Assembly: GCA_020026175.1 (NCBI GenBank)
Contig: JAHHQV010000004.1
Span: 4,527 to 68,526 of the forward strand
Direction: 5' to 3'
DNA from: Phocaeicola sp.
GTDB lineage: Bacteria; Bacteroidota; Bacteroidia; Bacteroidales; Bacteroidaceae
Length of the DNA stretch: 64,000 nucleotides
Shown piece by piece: positions 44,078 to 53,438 of this stretch (its first letter is position 1; every line of letters starts with the position of its first letter). A model generated the notes under the pieces. The model did not search any database, was not told the DNA's origin, and saw only the letters and a program-made list of their open reading frames with translations. A program made the translations under genes and the position numbers.

Positions 44078-46637
44078 CGTTTTTCCTTTGGTGATATTTT
44101 TTTATAAAATCAATAAAATCTTTTGCGAAATTCAGTGTTGCCTTACGCTTTACAAGCACTAATATTATAATAGGGATGAATAACAGTATCATAACTGCTC
44201 CCACAGCCTTTACCCACGAAACAAGGATATTGTTTTCTCGTAATAAGGCACTATGTGCTTGCTCTGATGCAAAACTCAAGTGGGTGATTTCTGCTATTTT
44301 GCCTAACATCTTGATAGGGATGGCTCCGTTGGGAATATCCTTATGACATGCTATGCAAGTTCCTCCGCGTGAGAGCTTTTCTCTCTGCTTTTCGGAAAGA
44401 GGAGTAGAAGTAGGCCAATGTGAATCGATGGTTTGTACTTGTTCGCCGTTTTTGTTGATGAGCTGCATGAAATCACCGTGCAGTTTCTTGATGACACTTA
44501 TTTGTACTGTAGTGAACTTGCTGATAGGGTTACCATCTGCATCTACTACATCGGCATATTTGACAGTCTCAGGATGTGCGTCATATATACCCTTGTCAAT
44601 TCCTAGTCCCATAGCCGTTGGGTTTCCATGACAGTCGGCACATTCGCGCGATTCCAAAGATGTTGTATGTGGATTTAGCGGAGCCAATTCCATGGCATTA
44701 TATCCTTGAGCAGTTTGTGCTACACGATTCCATGCCACTGTCTTTCCTTGCGTATCAATCACTGTACTTACTGTCTGTATTACTCCAGTAAGTGGAGTCA
44801 CTCTTCCCTCGCCGTTGATTCCTAGTGGAGCATTTTCCCATCGGATGTGGCTGTAGTCTCCTCTGGTGGCAAGTCCGTGCTGCATTACATATTGCTGATG
44901 ATAGTCCGCAGTTGTTCCATCGGCATTTACTTTTTCAGGAGAGGCAAGCCAATCTATTGACTTCTGAGAGAAATCAATTACATTCTTGTATCCGTAATAT
45001 TGTGGAACCCATGTGGAGTGACAGGCATAACATTCCAGTTTATCCATGTGCTCAGGCACTTGTACCATTGCGGTGACGGCTTTTTCCGGATGTTTCCAAT
45101 TCTTTTTCTTATGGATATTCTTCAGTACAGGCACTTCAAAGTCGTAACCTCCATCGGAGTGTACCAGCACCCTGTTCCCTTTTCTGACTACATTGCCCAA
45201 AGGGTTTCCTCTTGAAGACAACAGATATCCGTTTTCTTTAGGGTAGACCATTCCGAATTTTTTTGTTATTTCCAAAGGCTCGTCAGCTACTCCACGAGCT
45301 TGATTCATATCCAATTTCTTTCCAAATTCATCTCCATACCCTATGGGAAGTTCCCAAGGGTAGTGTGTAGGTGTACCATGACAGTCGGCACATTCTATTT
45401 CGATAGTAGCCAGACTGGTTGAGCCGATGTTCCCGTTCCCATGCATGGCATTTGTAGTATGGCAGTCTTGACACAACAGTCCGGTAACAGTTTTACCGTC
45501 TTTTTCAATGCGGTGGTGTGCATCGTTTCGCATATGCTTGAATACATATCCGGCATTTGTGCGTTGCGGCATTCCGTTTTCATCAAACGGTCCTTTACCT
45601 TTGCTGCTTTCTAGTGCCATCAAACCTTGGTAGGCATGTCCGATACGGCGTCCTGCGGCATGACAAGCGGCACAAGTGGAGACCTGTACTCCTGAAACAT
45701 AATTGCCGTTGATGAGTATAGCCGATTTGCGTGAGCCTTGCATGGCATGCACCAATACATGCCCTGCTTTATGCTTGCTGATAGAAGAGTCTCCACCTTC
45801 ATAGAATCCTTCGTTGCTATATATGTTATGGCAGGCAGCACATCCCATTCCTCTGAAATGTCCTCGGTCTTGCATACCCTTATTGCTCAGGTGGCAGGCA
45901 TTACAGTTTCTCAGATAACTGAAAGCTGCCTGTCCGGGCATCTTCTCCAGTTCGCTTAGTGAAGTTTGAGGAATCTGCTTTAGTTCTTTCGGGTATTGCC
46001 CCGGAAAACTTAATGCCATTTCCTTCATGTATGCTTTATATTTGTCTGTCCCGAAGCGAGGAGTATGACCATCGGGATCATCGATGGTATAGTCGCCATA
46101 TATATGGTCTTTGTTTTCAGTGTTGATACCGAAACTCCAAGTGATGGCTTTCATCTTTCCGGCATCGGTATTCATTATAGAGCGGTGTACGTTGTAAGTA
46201 TGGTCTGTATGGCATTGTCCGCAAGTGTTTTCGTTTACTTGCAAGGCTGCAGGTACGGGTGTGAATGCTTTCAGCAGACTGCCATGAGGCACTCCGCTAT
46301 GGGCCTTTTCTTTATGTTTGGTTTCTTGGGGATTGCCTCCGTGGCATACTACGCATCCGTTGGGGTCTCCCATTTGTTGTCCTTTAACTAGAATCTGTTT
46401 CATCATTTCAGTCTCCAGAGGCCGTGTCGGTTCTATACCTTGATGACAAGTAAGGCAATAACTGTTTTCTGCCGGAAATTTTTGTTGGCTGATTTCGGGA
46501 TGACCTTTTGGCAGTATCAATGCTTCTGTTTCGTCTGTGGCTTTTGTTTTCCAATATTCCCAATAATATCTGACCGAAAAAAATATGGCAGCCAGAATCA
46601 TTACTAATAAGACTGTATTAATTAGATTTCTTTTCAT
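44070..46637 (-). CDS. Multiheme cytochrome c (11 CxxCH), N- and C-terminal TM helices
   Basis: CLTCH, CVVCH, CGQCH, CNACH, CAACH x2, CQDCH, CADCH x2, CYACH, CIACH; 8-bp overlap with ccsBA. Confidence 0.93.
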   Translation of the reverse strand: MKRNLINTVLLVMILAAIFFSVRYYWEYWKTKATDETEALILPKGHPEISQQKFPAENSYCLTCHQGIEPTRPLETEMMKQILVKGQQMGDPNGCVVCHGGNPQETKHKEKAHSGVPHGSLLKAFTPVPAALQVNENTCGQCHTDHTYNVHRSIMNTDAGKMKAITWSFGINTENKDHIYGDYTIDDPDGHTPRFGTDKYKAYMKEMALSFPGQYPKELKQIPQTSLSELEKMPGQAAFSYLRNCNACHLSNKGMQDRGHFRGMGCAACHNIYSNEGFYEGGDSSISKHKAGHVLVHAMQGSRKSAILINGNYVSGVQVSTCAACHAAGRRIGHAYQGLMALESSKGKGPFDENGMPQRTNAGYVFKHMRNDAHHRIEKDGKTVTGLLCQDCHTTNAMHGNGNIGSTSLATIEIECADCHGTPTHYPWELPIGYGDEFGKKLDMNQARGVADEPLEITKKFGMVYPKENGYLLSSRGNPLGNVVRKGNRVLVHSDGGYDFEVPVLKNIHKKKNWKHPEKAVTAMVQVPEHMDKLECYACHSTWVPQYYGYKNVIDFSQKSIDWLASPEKVNADGTTADYHQQYVMQHGLATRGDYSHIRWENAPLGINGEGRVTPLTGVIQTVSTVIDTQGKTVAWNRVAQTAQGYNAMELAPLNPHTTSLESRECADCHGNPTAMGLGIDKGIYDAHPETVKYADVVDADGNPISKFTTVQISVIKKLHGDFMQLINKNGEQVQTIDSHWPTSTPLSEKQREKLSRGGTCIACHKDIPNGAIPIKMLGKIAEITHLSFASEQAHSALLRENNILVSWVKAVGAVMILLFIPIIILVLVKRKATLNFAKDFIDFIKKYHQRKNDE

Positions 46638-46729
46638 TTAAAATTATATTTTACAAGACCTTTGTGATCTATTATATCGTGTTGCTTTGTTGTAAGATGA
46701 TTGAAAAAATGATATGTTTCTTTCAGTCA

Positions 46730-46797
46730 CAAAAATACATTATAAAAATGAACATGGTTTATAAAATAAGGCAATTGGCTTATAAAATAAGGCAATT
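46730..46797 (-). promoter_or_regulatory. Cytochrome operon promoter with tandem direct-repeat operator
   Basis: -7 element TATTTTTG (minus, 46730-46737); perfect 18-bp repeat at 46759-46776 and 46780-46797. Confidence 0.65.
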
Positions 46798-46869
46798 TTG
46801 TGAATTGGAATCTAAAAAACAGTCTTGAAGTTTATTGTAAGGTCATCGATAATGAAAGGTATTGATGGA

Positions 46870-47457
46870 TTATCTGTAAAGCCTTTCTTTCTCTATGATA
46901 TTGTAGACGGAAGGGTGTAGGAAAAACCTTATATCTTTTCCTTGAGAAATACTTTCTCGGATAAATGTGGAACTGATTTCCAAAATTGGAGTATCTACAG
47001 CTCTCACTTTTTCGGGGAGTGTGCTGCTGTTTATTTCATATCCTTTTCTTGGGTAAACCAATATATGATGATGTGTAAGAATTTGTTCCGGCGACTTCCA
47101 TTTTTGGAATGTTGCCCAATTGTCTGCTCCTATAATCAGATGAAACTCTCTGTTGGGGTAGGCCTGAGATATTTTTTCGAGAGTATTTACTGTATATGAG
47201 GGTTTTGGAAGTGAAAATTCGAAGTCGGAAGCATGGAACTTGCTATATCCTTTTATGGCTTCATTTACAAGTCTGAGTCGGGTCCTGTCGTCTAGCATAT
47301 TCATATTTTGCTTGAAAGGATTCTGAGGTGAAACCATGAACCATATTTCATCTACTTCATTGTTTTCGCAAATGAAGTTTGCCAAAGCAAGGTGTCCTAT
47401 GTGGATAGGGTTGAAAGAACCTCCGAAAAGACCTGTCCTTATCTTTTTATTTTCCAT
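46870..47457 (-). CDS. nadD: Nicotinate-nucleotide adenylyltransferase
   Basis: FGGSFNPIHIGH, IIGADN, ISSTFIR. Confidence 0.96.
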   Translation of the reverse strand: MENKKIRTGLFGGSFNPIHIGHLALANFICENNEVDEIWFMVSPQNPFKQNMNMLDDRTRLRLVNEAIKGYSKFHASDFEFSLPKPSYTVNTLEKISQAYPNREFHLIIGADNWATFQKWKSPEQILTHHHILVYPRKGYEINSSTLPEKVRAVDTPILEISSTFIRESISQGKDIRFFLHPSVYNIIEKERLYR

Positions 47458-47621
47458 TTCTTGTAGTTTATAATCTGCCATGCGGCAACAAGTGTCATGG
47501 CCACTGCAATGATGTATTGTTCTTTTAATACAGCTACTATACCTACAGCCAAAGCTGCAAAGCCGATGACGATTGTAAGAATCGCCATCAGCTGCATTAT
47601 CTTCTTAGGGTCTTTTGACAT
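47439..47621 (-). CDS. Small two-TM membrane protein
   Basis: 60 aa, two hydrophobic helices, basic tail; fills the gmk-nadD gap on the same strand. Confidence 0.6.
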   Translation of the reverse strand: MSKDPKKIMQLMAILTIVIGFAALAVGIVAVLKEQYIIAVAMTLVAAWQIINYKKWKIKR

Positions 47622-47627
47622 TCTGTG

Positions 47628-48191
47628 TTATTTTTTGAGGAAGTTACTTATTGTTTCCAATGCATCGGACTGTGCTTTGTCAAGCTCGTCGTTTATTATC
47701 ACTACGTCAAACTTGTCGGCATATCCAAGTTCAAATTCTGCTTTGGCTATACGGCTTTCTATCACTTCGGGGGCATCGGTACCACGTCCGTTCAGTCTTC
47801 GGCGCAATTCTTCTACAGAAGGAGGCTGTATGAATACTGAAAGAGCGCGCTCGCCATAGTATTTCTTTATATTACATCCTCCTACAACATCTACGTCGAA
47901 TATGACATTCTGTCCTTCGGCAAGCTGTTTTTCGACCTGAGCCTTCAATGTTCCGTAGAAACGGTCTTGGTAGACTTCTTCGTATTCAAGAAACTCGTCG
48001 TTTGTAATTCTTTGTCTGAACTCTTCGGGAGTAAGGAAAAAATATTCCACACCGTTCTTTTCGGTACCTCTTGGGGCGCGGCTTGTAGCCGAAATGGAGA
48101 ATGCCAGATTTAGATTCTGCTTTAGAAGATAGTTTATGATAGTTGATTTCCCGGAGCCTGATGGGGCTGAAAATATAATAAGTTTACCCAT
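47628..48191 (-). CDS. gmk: Guanylate kinase
   Basis: SAPSGSGKST, SATSRAPR, YGTL. Confidence 0.97.
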   Translation of the reverse strand: MGKLIIFSAPSGSGKSTIINYLLKQNLNLAFSISATSRAPRGTEKNGVEYFFLTPEEFRQRITNDEFLEYEEVYQDRFYGTLKAQVEKQLAEGQNVIFDVDVVGGCNIKKYYGERALSVFIQPPSVEELRRRLNGRGTDAPEVIESRIAKAEFELGYADKFDVVIINDELDKAQSDALETISNFLKK

Positions 48192-48195
48192 GATT

Positions 48196-49071
48196 TTACA
48201 TTACGTTTAGTACTTGTTCTTTGATTTGTTCGAGTTCGTCTTTCATCTGTACAACGATGTTCTGCATTTCGGCATGATTTGACTTGCTTCCTGTAGTGTT
48301 TATTTCACGTCCCATTTCCTGAGCTATGAAGCCAAGTTTCTTGCCTTGTCCGTGTCCGTTGGCCATAGTTTCGCGGAAGTATTTCAGATGGTTGGCAAGA
48401 CGCTGCTTTTCTTCGTTGATGTCTAGCTTTTCGATGTAGTAAATAAGCTCTTGTTCAAGGCGATTCTTGTCGTAGTCTACATCAATTGTTTTTTCCAGTG
48501 CATCGGTAATCCTTTCCCTGATTTTCGTTACTCTTTCTTTTTCGTAAGGTTCTATAGAGTGAAGCAATGATTCTATGTTGTTTATTTTTTCATTGAATTT
48601 CTTTTCCAGGGCTTCACCTTCCTGTTTGCGGAAATTTACCAATGCGTTGATGGCTTCTTCTACAGTCTTTTTTGCTGCATTCCATTCGTCTTCTTCAAGT
48701 GTCTGAATATCTACTTTTGATAATACATCGGGCATTCTCAGCAAAGTGTAGAACCAGTCTTGAGGGAGAGGTATGTTGCATGTGTCAGAAATTTCCTTTA
48801 TTTGGTTGTAGTAGTTCTGTACCAAGGCTTTGTTTATAGGAGTGGCTGCTTCTGTGGCATCCTTTTCTATCCATAGGCAGAAGTCAACTTTTCCGCGTTC
48901 CAGATTCTTTGCAATCATATTTCGTATTTCCATCTCTTTTTCTCTGTATAGAGGTGCTATTCGGGCTGAGATGTCAAGTGCCTTGCTGTTTAGTGATTTG
49001 ATTTCTACGACTATTTTCTTGTCGTTGTATGTTATGGTAGATTTACCATAACCTGTCATTGACTGTATCAT
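48196..49071 (-). CDS. yicC: YicC/YloC family endoribonuclease
   Basis: MIQSMTGYG, GKKLGFIAQEMGREINTTGSK, EQIKEQV. Confidence 0.95.
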   Translation of the reverse strand: MIQSMTGYGKSTITYNDKKIVVEIKSLNSKALDISARIAPLYREKEMEIRNMIAKNLERGKVDFCLWIEKDATEAATPINKALVQNYYNQIKEISDTCNIPLPQDWFYTLLRMPDVLSKVDIQTLEEDEWNAAKKTVEEAINALVNFRKQEGEALEKKFNEKINNIESLLHSIEPYEKERVTKIRERITDALEKTIDVDYDKNRLEQELIYYIEKLDINEEKQRLANHLKYFRETMANGHGQGKKLGFIAQEMGREINTTGSKSNHAEMQNIVVQMKDELEQIKEQVLNVM

Positions 49072-49176
49072 AACAAATTTTATTTTTTTGCAAAAGTAAG
49101 GAAAAGAAAGGAATTTATAGAAATAGACTAGGATAAAAAGTGTATATTTGCAGACTATAATACATAAAAAGTAACT

Positions 49177-49866
49177 ATGTCGTGCATTTTACATATTGAA
49201 ACTTCAACAGAAGTTTGTTCTGTTTCTGTAAGTCAGGACGGAATGTCTATTTTCACTAAGGAAGATTTTAACGGTCCTTCTCATGCCACTCTGTTGGGAG
49301 TGTTTGTTGATGAGGCTTTGTCCTTTGTAGATAATCATGCCATACCTTTGGATGCAGTAGCAGTAAGTTGTGGCCCCGGTTCTTATACAGGTCTTAGGAT
49401 AGGCGTTTCTATGGCGAAGGGTGTTTGCTATGGCCGCAATATACCGCTGATAGGTCTTCCTACGCTTGAGGTGATGTGTGTGCCTGTTCTTTTGGAACAT
49501 GATATTCCAGAGGATGCACTTCTTTGTCCTATGATAGATGCGCGCCGTATGGAGGTTTATGCAGTTGTTTATGACCGCTCGTTGAAGGCTGTCAGAGAAA
49601 TTGGTGCAGATATAATAGATGAAAGTTCTTATGCTGAGTTTTTGGAAGACCGCCCTGTTTACTTCTTTGGTAACGGTGCTGCCAAATGCAAGGAAAAGAT
49701 TACTCATAAGAACGCCCGCTTTATAGATGATGTACATCCGCTTGCCAAATGGATGTTTCCTTTGGCAGAGAAGGCTGTAGCTAAGGAAGACTTTAAGGAT
49801 GTGGCTTATTTTGAGCCTTTCTACTTGAAGGAATTTGTGGCTTCAACTCCAAAGAAGCTGCTGTGA
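49177..49866 (+). CDS. tsaB: t6A biosynthesis protein TsaB
   Basis: ILHIETST, GPGSYTGLRIG, IDARRMEVY, EPFYLK. Confidence 0.96.
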   Translation: MSCILHIETSTEVCSVSVSQDGMSIFTKEDFNGPSHATLLGVFVDEALSFVDNHAIPLDAVAVSCGPGSYTGLRIGVSMAKGVCYGRNIPLIGLPTLEVMCVPVLLEHDIPEDALLCPMIDARRMEVYAVVYDRSLKAVREIGADIIDESSYAEFLEDRPVYFFGNGAAKCKEKITHKNARFIDDVHPLAKWMFPLAEKAVAKEDFKDVAYFEPFYLKEFVASTPKKLL

Positions 49867-49916
49867 TACCCCAAAAAAATGAATTATACGATAGTTTAAT
49901 ATCTTAACAAAAAAAA

Positions 49917-50522
49917 ATGGAATATAATACGCAACAACGTCGACTTCCTCTTCCTGAATATGGAAGAAGTGTGCAGAATATGGTAGATCATGCTCTGACT
50001 ATTGAAGACCGCGAACAGCGTCAGATCTGTGCAAACACTATTGTTAAAATCATGCGTGGAATGTTTCCTCAACTGAAAGATACTGCCGAGGTAAACCAAA
50101 GGCTTTGGGATCATCTTGCCATTATGTCCGATTTTAAGTTGGATATCGATTATCCTGTAGAGATTGTGAGAAAAGAAAGCCTGGATGTAAAGCCTGAAAA
50201 AGTGCCATATCCACAGTCGAAACTGAAATATCGTCACTACGGACGTTTTGTTCAGGATATGATAGATGTAGCTGTAAAATATGAAGAAGGTGAAGAGAAG
50301 AGGCAACTGGTTAATCTTATAGCCAACCAGATGAGGAAAGACTATTTGGCATGGAATAAAGACAGTATGGATAATCAGAAGATAGTGGAAGATCTGTTCG
50401 AACTTTCGGAAGGCAAGATTAAAGTGGCATTGGAAGACATAAAGTTCTTTGACTTGCGTAGCAATAATCAGCGCCGTCGTAATAACAACAACAACAATCA
50501 GCAGAGAAAACGAAATGGTTAG
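49917..50522 (+). CDS. DUF4290 domain protein
   Basis: MEYNT...LPEYGR...LWDHL; typical position upstream of murA. Confidence 0.88.
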   Translation: MEYNTQQRRLPLPEYGRSVQNMVDHALTIEDREQRQICANTIVKIMRGMFPQLKDTAEVNQRLWDHLAIMSDFKLDIDYPVEIVRKESLDVKPEKVPYPQSKLKYRHYGRFVQDMIDVAVKYEEGEEKRQLVNLIANQMRKDYLAWNKDSMDNQKIVEDLFELSEGKIKVALEDIKFFDLRSNNQRRRNNNNNNQQRKRNG

Positions 50523-50577
50523 TATGGATTCTCTGAAAAAATATAATGACTAATAATTTCTAAATACTGATTTGGCT

Positions 50578-51882
50578 ATGGGCTCATTTGTGATAGAGGG
50601 TGGACATAAGCTTAGTGGGGAGATTGTTCCTCAAGGAGCTAAGAACGAGGTCCTTCAGATTTTGTGTGCAGTTCTGCTAACCGGTGAAGAGGTTACGGTA
50701 AATAATATTCCGAATATTCTTGATGTGAACAATCTTATTGAACTTCTCAGGGATATGGGAGTTGCTGTGTCTAAACTTAGTGCAGACTCTTATTCGTTCA
50801 AGGCGGATAATGTGAATATGGAATATCTGGAGAGTGAGGAATTTCTTTTGAAATGCTCAAAACTGCGTGGCTCTGTTATGCTTATTGGACCATTGTTGGC
50901 CAGATTTGGCAAGGCTATGATTTCAAAGCCGGGCGGAGATAAGATAGGACGCCGCCGACTGGACACTCATTTTATCGGTATTCAGAAATTGGGGGCTTCT
51001 TTCTGCTTTGATGCGGAGAGGGGAGTGTATGTGCTTTCGGCAGACAAACTTAAAGGTACATATATGTTGCTCGATGAGGCATCTGTAACCGGTACTGCAA
51101 ATATTGTGATGGCAGCGGTGCTGGCCGAAGGAATTACTACTATATATAATGCTGCGTGCGAACCGTATTTGCAGCAATTATGTAAGATGCTCAACTCTAT
51201 GGGAGCTAAGATTTCGGGCATAGCCTCTAATCTTCTTACTATAGAGGGTGTGAGTGAACTTAAAGGATGTGTGCATACCGTACTTCCTGACATGATTGAG
51301 GTGGGTAGCTTTATAGCTATGGCTGCAATGACAAGAAGCGAGATAACTATAAAGAACGTGTCGTATGATAATTTGGGAATTATCCCCGATAGCTTCCGCC
51401 GTCTTGGAATAAAGGTAGAGCAGAAGGGTGATGATATATTTATACCGTCGCAGGAACATTATGAGATAGAGTCTTTTATAGATGGTTCTATAATGACTAT
51501 ATCCGATGCACCTTGGCCCGGACTTACTCCCGACTTGCTTAGTGTGATGCTCGTTGTGGCTACTCAGGCAAAGGGCAGTGTACTTATTCATCAGAAAATG
51601 TTCGAGAGCCGTTTGTTCTTTGTTGACAAACTTATAGACATGGGAGCTCAGATTATTCTTTGTGACCCTCACAGGGCAGTGGTGATTGGTCATGACCATA
51701 ATTTCAGCCTGCGTGGAGGTAATGTAACTTCGCCTGATATACGTGCCGGTATAGCATTGCTTATTGCGGCACTTGGAGCTGAGGGTACTACAAGAATACA
51801 TAATATAGAGCAGATAGACCGTGGATATCAGAATATCGAACAGCGTCTTACGGCTTTGGGCGCAAGAATTACGAGAATTTGA
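50578..51882 (+). CDS. murA: UDP-N-acetylglucosamine 1-carboxyvinyltransferase (Asp at the active-site Cys position)
   Basis: GAKN, LRGS, PGGDKIGRR, SVTGT, PDIRAG, IDRGY. Confidence 0.96.
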   Translation: MGSFVIEGGHKLSGEIVPQGAKNEVLQILCAVLLTGEEVTVNNIPNILDVNNLIELLRDMGVAVSKLSADSYSFKADNVNMEYLESEEFLLKCSKLRGSVMLIGPLLARFGKAMISKPGGDKIGRRRLDTHFIGIQKLGASFCFDAERGVYVLSADKLKGTYMLLDEASVTGTANIVMAAVLAEGITTIYNAACEPYLQQLCKMLNSMGAKISGIASNLLTIEGVSELKGCVHTVLPDMIEVGSFIAMAAMTRSEITIKNVSYDNLGIIPDSFRRLGIKVEQKGDDIFIPSQEHYEIESFIDGSIMTISDAPWPGLTPDLLSVMLVVATQAKGSVLIHQKMFESRLFFVDKLIDMGAQIILCDPHRAVVIGHDHNFSLRGGNVTSPDIRAGIALLIAALGAEGTTRIHNIEQIDRGYQNIEQRLTALGARITRI

Positions 51883-51922
51883 TATTGTGATGGTTTTTGG
51901 TTTTGACGAATAGTGAAAGTTT

Positions 51923-52435
51923 ATGATAAAGAAAGATGAAGTTTATAAAATAGGAGTGATAAACAAGCCGCACGGAGTGAAGGGTGAGGTTACATTCACT
52001 TTTACCGATGATATATTCGACCGTGTGGATTGTGATTATCTTATTCTGATGATGGATGGTATTCTTGTGCCTTTTTTTATTGAGGAATACAGATTTCGTT
52101 CGGACAATGCTGCCATAGTGAAATTTGAAGATGTTGACTCGGCAGAAAAAGCACGTATGTTTACCAATGTAGAGGTGTATTTCCCAGTTAAGTTTGCCGA
52201 TGAACAGGATGAGATTTCTTCATGGGGCTATTTTATCGGTTTTGGTGTTGATGATGTAAATCATGGATGTCTGGGTAGAATAGTTGATGTGGACGATGCT
52301 ACTATGAATATCCTGTTTATCATAGAAAGAGAAGACGGTGAAGAACTTATGCTCCCTGCACACGAGGAATTTATTTTAGATGTTGATAAGAAAAAGAAAA
52401 TTGTGAAGGTGAATATTCCTGAAGGTCTGTTGTAG
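51923..52435 (+). CDS. rimM: 16S rRNA processing protein RimM
   Basis: [26 protein letters not shown]. Confidence 0.95.
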   Translation: MIKKDEVYKIGVINKPHGVKGEVTFTFTDDIFDRVDCDYLILMMDGILVPFFIEEYRFRSDNAAIVKFEDVDSAEKARMFTNVEVYFPVKFADEQDEISSWGYFIGFGVDDVNHGCLGRIVDVDDATMNILFIIEREDGEELMLPAHEEFILDVDKKKKIVKVNIPEGLL

Positions 52436-52495
52436 AATGAAAATTTTGCAACAGACTGTTGAAACAAGAAATAAAAGTATTTGTATTTTGATAAG

Positions 52496-53377
52496 ATGAA
52501 AAAGGGTAGAAAGGCTTTTTGGAGGAACTTTAAGTTTAAGTACAAACTTACCATAATAAATGAGAATACTCTTGAAGAGGTGGTAGGGATTCATGTCTCT
52601 AAACTGAACGGACTGTCTGTCTTGTTGTCTTTCTGTTCGGTAATCTTTCTTGTGGCTGCGTTTATAATAATATATACACCGTTAAGAAATTATCTTCCGG
52701 GATATATGAACTCTGAAACGCGCGAAATGGTTGTGACCAATGCTTTGAGGGTTGACTCGCTCAAATTGGCACTTGAAAAGCAAAACAGATATATCATGAG
52801 TATTCAAGATATATTCAGCGGAAACGTAAAAGTGGATTCAGTACAATCTATAGATTCTCTCACAAAACTGCGCTCAGAACAGCTTATGGAACGCTCTGTA
52901 GAGGAAGAGAAGTTCAGAAAGAAATACGAAGAAAATGAAAGATATAATCTGCGAAATGTTGCCGATAAGGCTTCAGCTTCGGGGCTTTTGTTCTATCGTC
53001 CCGTAAATGGTATAGTAGAGGATGCTTTTTCACCGGATAATGGAATGAACGGTGTAAGATTGTCTTCTGGAGTATCAGAAAATGTTTTGGCTGTTTTGGA
53101 CGGAACTGTCATATCGGCTCAGTATACTGCCGGACAAGGATACGTCATAATGGTGCAACATGTGCAGAATTTTATAAGTATATATAAGAATTGCGGTGTC
53201 CTGATGAGGAAGGCTGGTGATAGTGTCAAGGGAGGTGATGTGATAGCTGTCATGCGAGGAATTAAAGAACTTTCTCGTGATGAAGCTGATAAAAAGAAAC
53301 AAGACCACTCTTACCTTACTTTTGAACTTTGGCATAGAGGCTCTCCTGTGGATCCGGAAAAGTTTGTGGTGTTTTAG
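52496..53377 (+). CDS. M23/LytM-family membrane protein with degenerate Zn ligands
   Basis: TM + coiled coil + VLAVLDGTV, GYVIMVQH, GDSVKGGDVI, YLTFELW, PVDP. Confidence 0.8.
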   Translation: MKKGRKAFWRNFKFKYKLTIINENTLEEVVGIHVSKLNGLSVLLSFCSVIFLVAAFIIIYTPLRNYLPGYMNSETREMVVTNALRVDSLKLALEKQNRYIMSIQDIFSGNVKVDSVQSIDSLTKLRSEQLMERSVEEEKFRKKYEENERYNLRNVADKASASGLLFYRPVNGIVEDAFSPDNGMNGVRLSSGVSENVLAVLDGTVISAQYTAGQGYVIMVQHVQNFISIYKNCGVLMRKAGDSVKGGDVIAVMRGIKELSRDEADKKKQDHSYLTFELWHRGSPVDPEKFVVF

Positions 53378-53438
53378 TCATGGTATATAACTATGATGTT
53401 GATTTATATACCGCAATCTACAGATAAATCAAAATCTT

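Noticed and set aside
44070..46637. NrfA/NrfH nitrite reductase
   Set aside because: No CxxCK motif; 11 hemes and 855 aa; no nrfH gene adjacent.
50460..50500. AAC/AAT microsatellite as a phase-variation tract
   Set aside because: In-frame trinucleotide repeat encoding the Asn-rich disordered tail of the DUF4290 protein.
50925..50960. MurA Cys->Asp (PGGDKIG) as acquired fosfomycin resistance
   Set aside because: This is the usual intrinsic state of Bacteroidetes MurA, not a novel feature.
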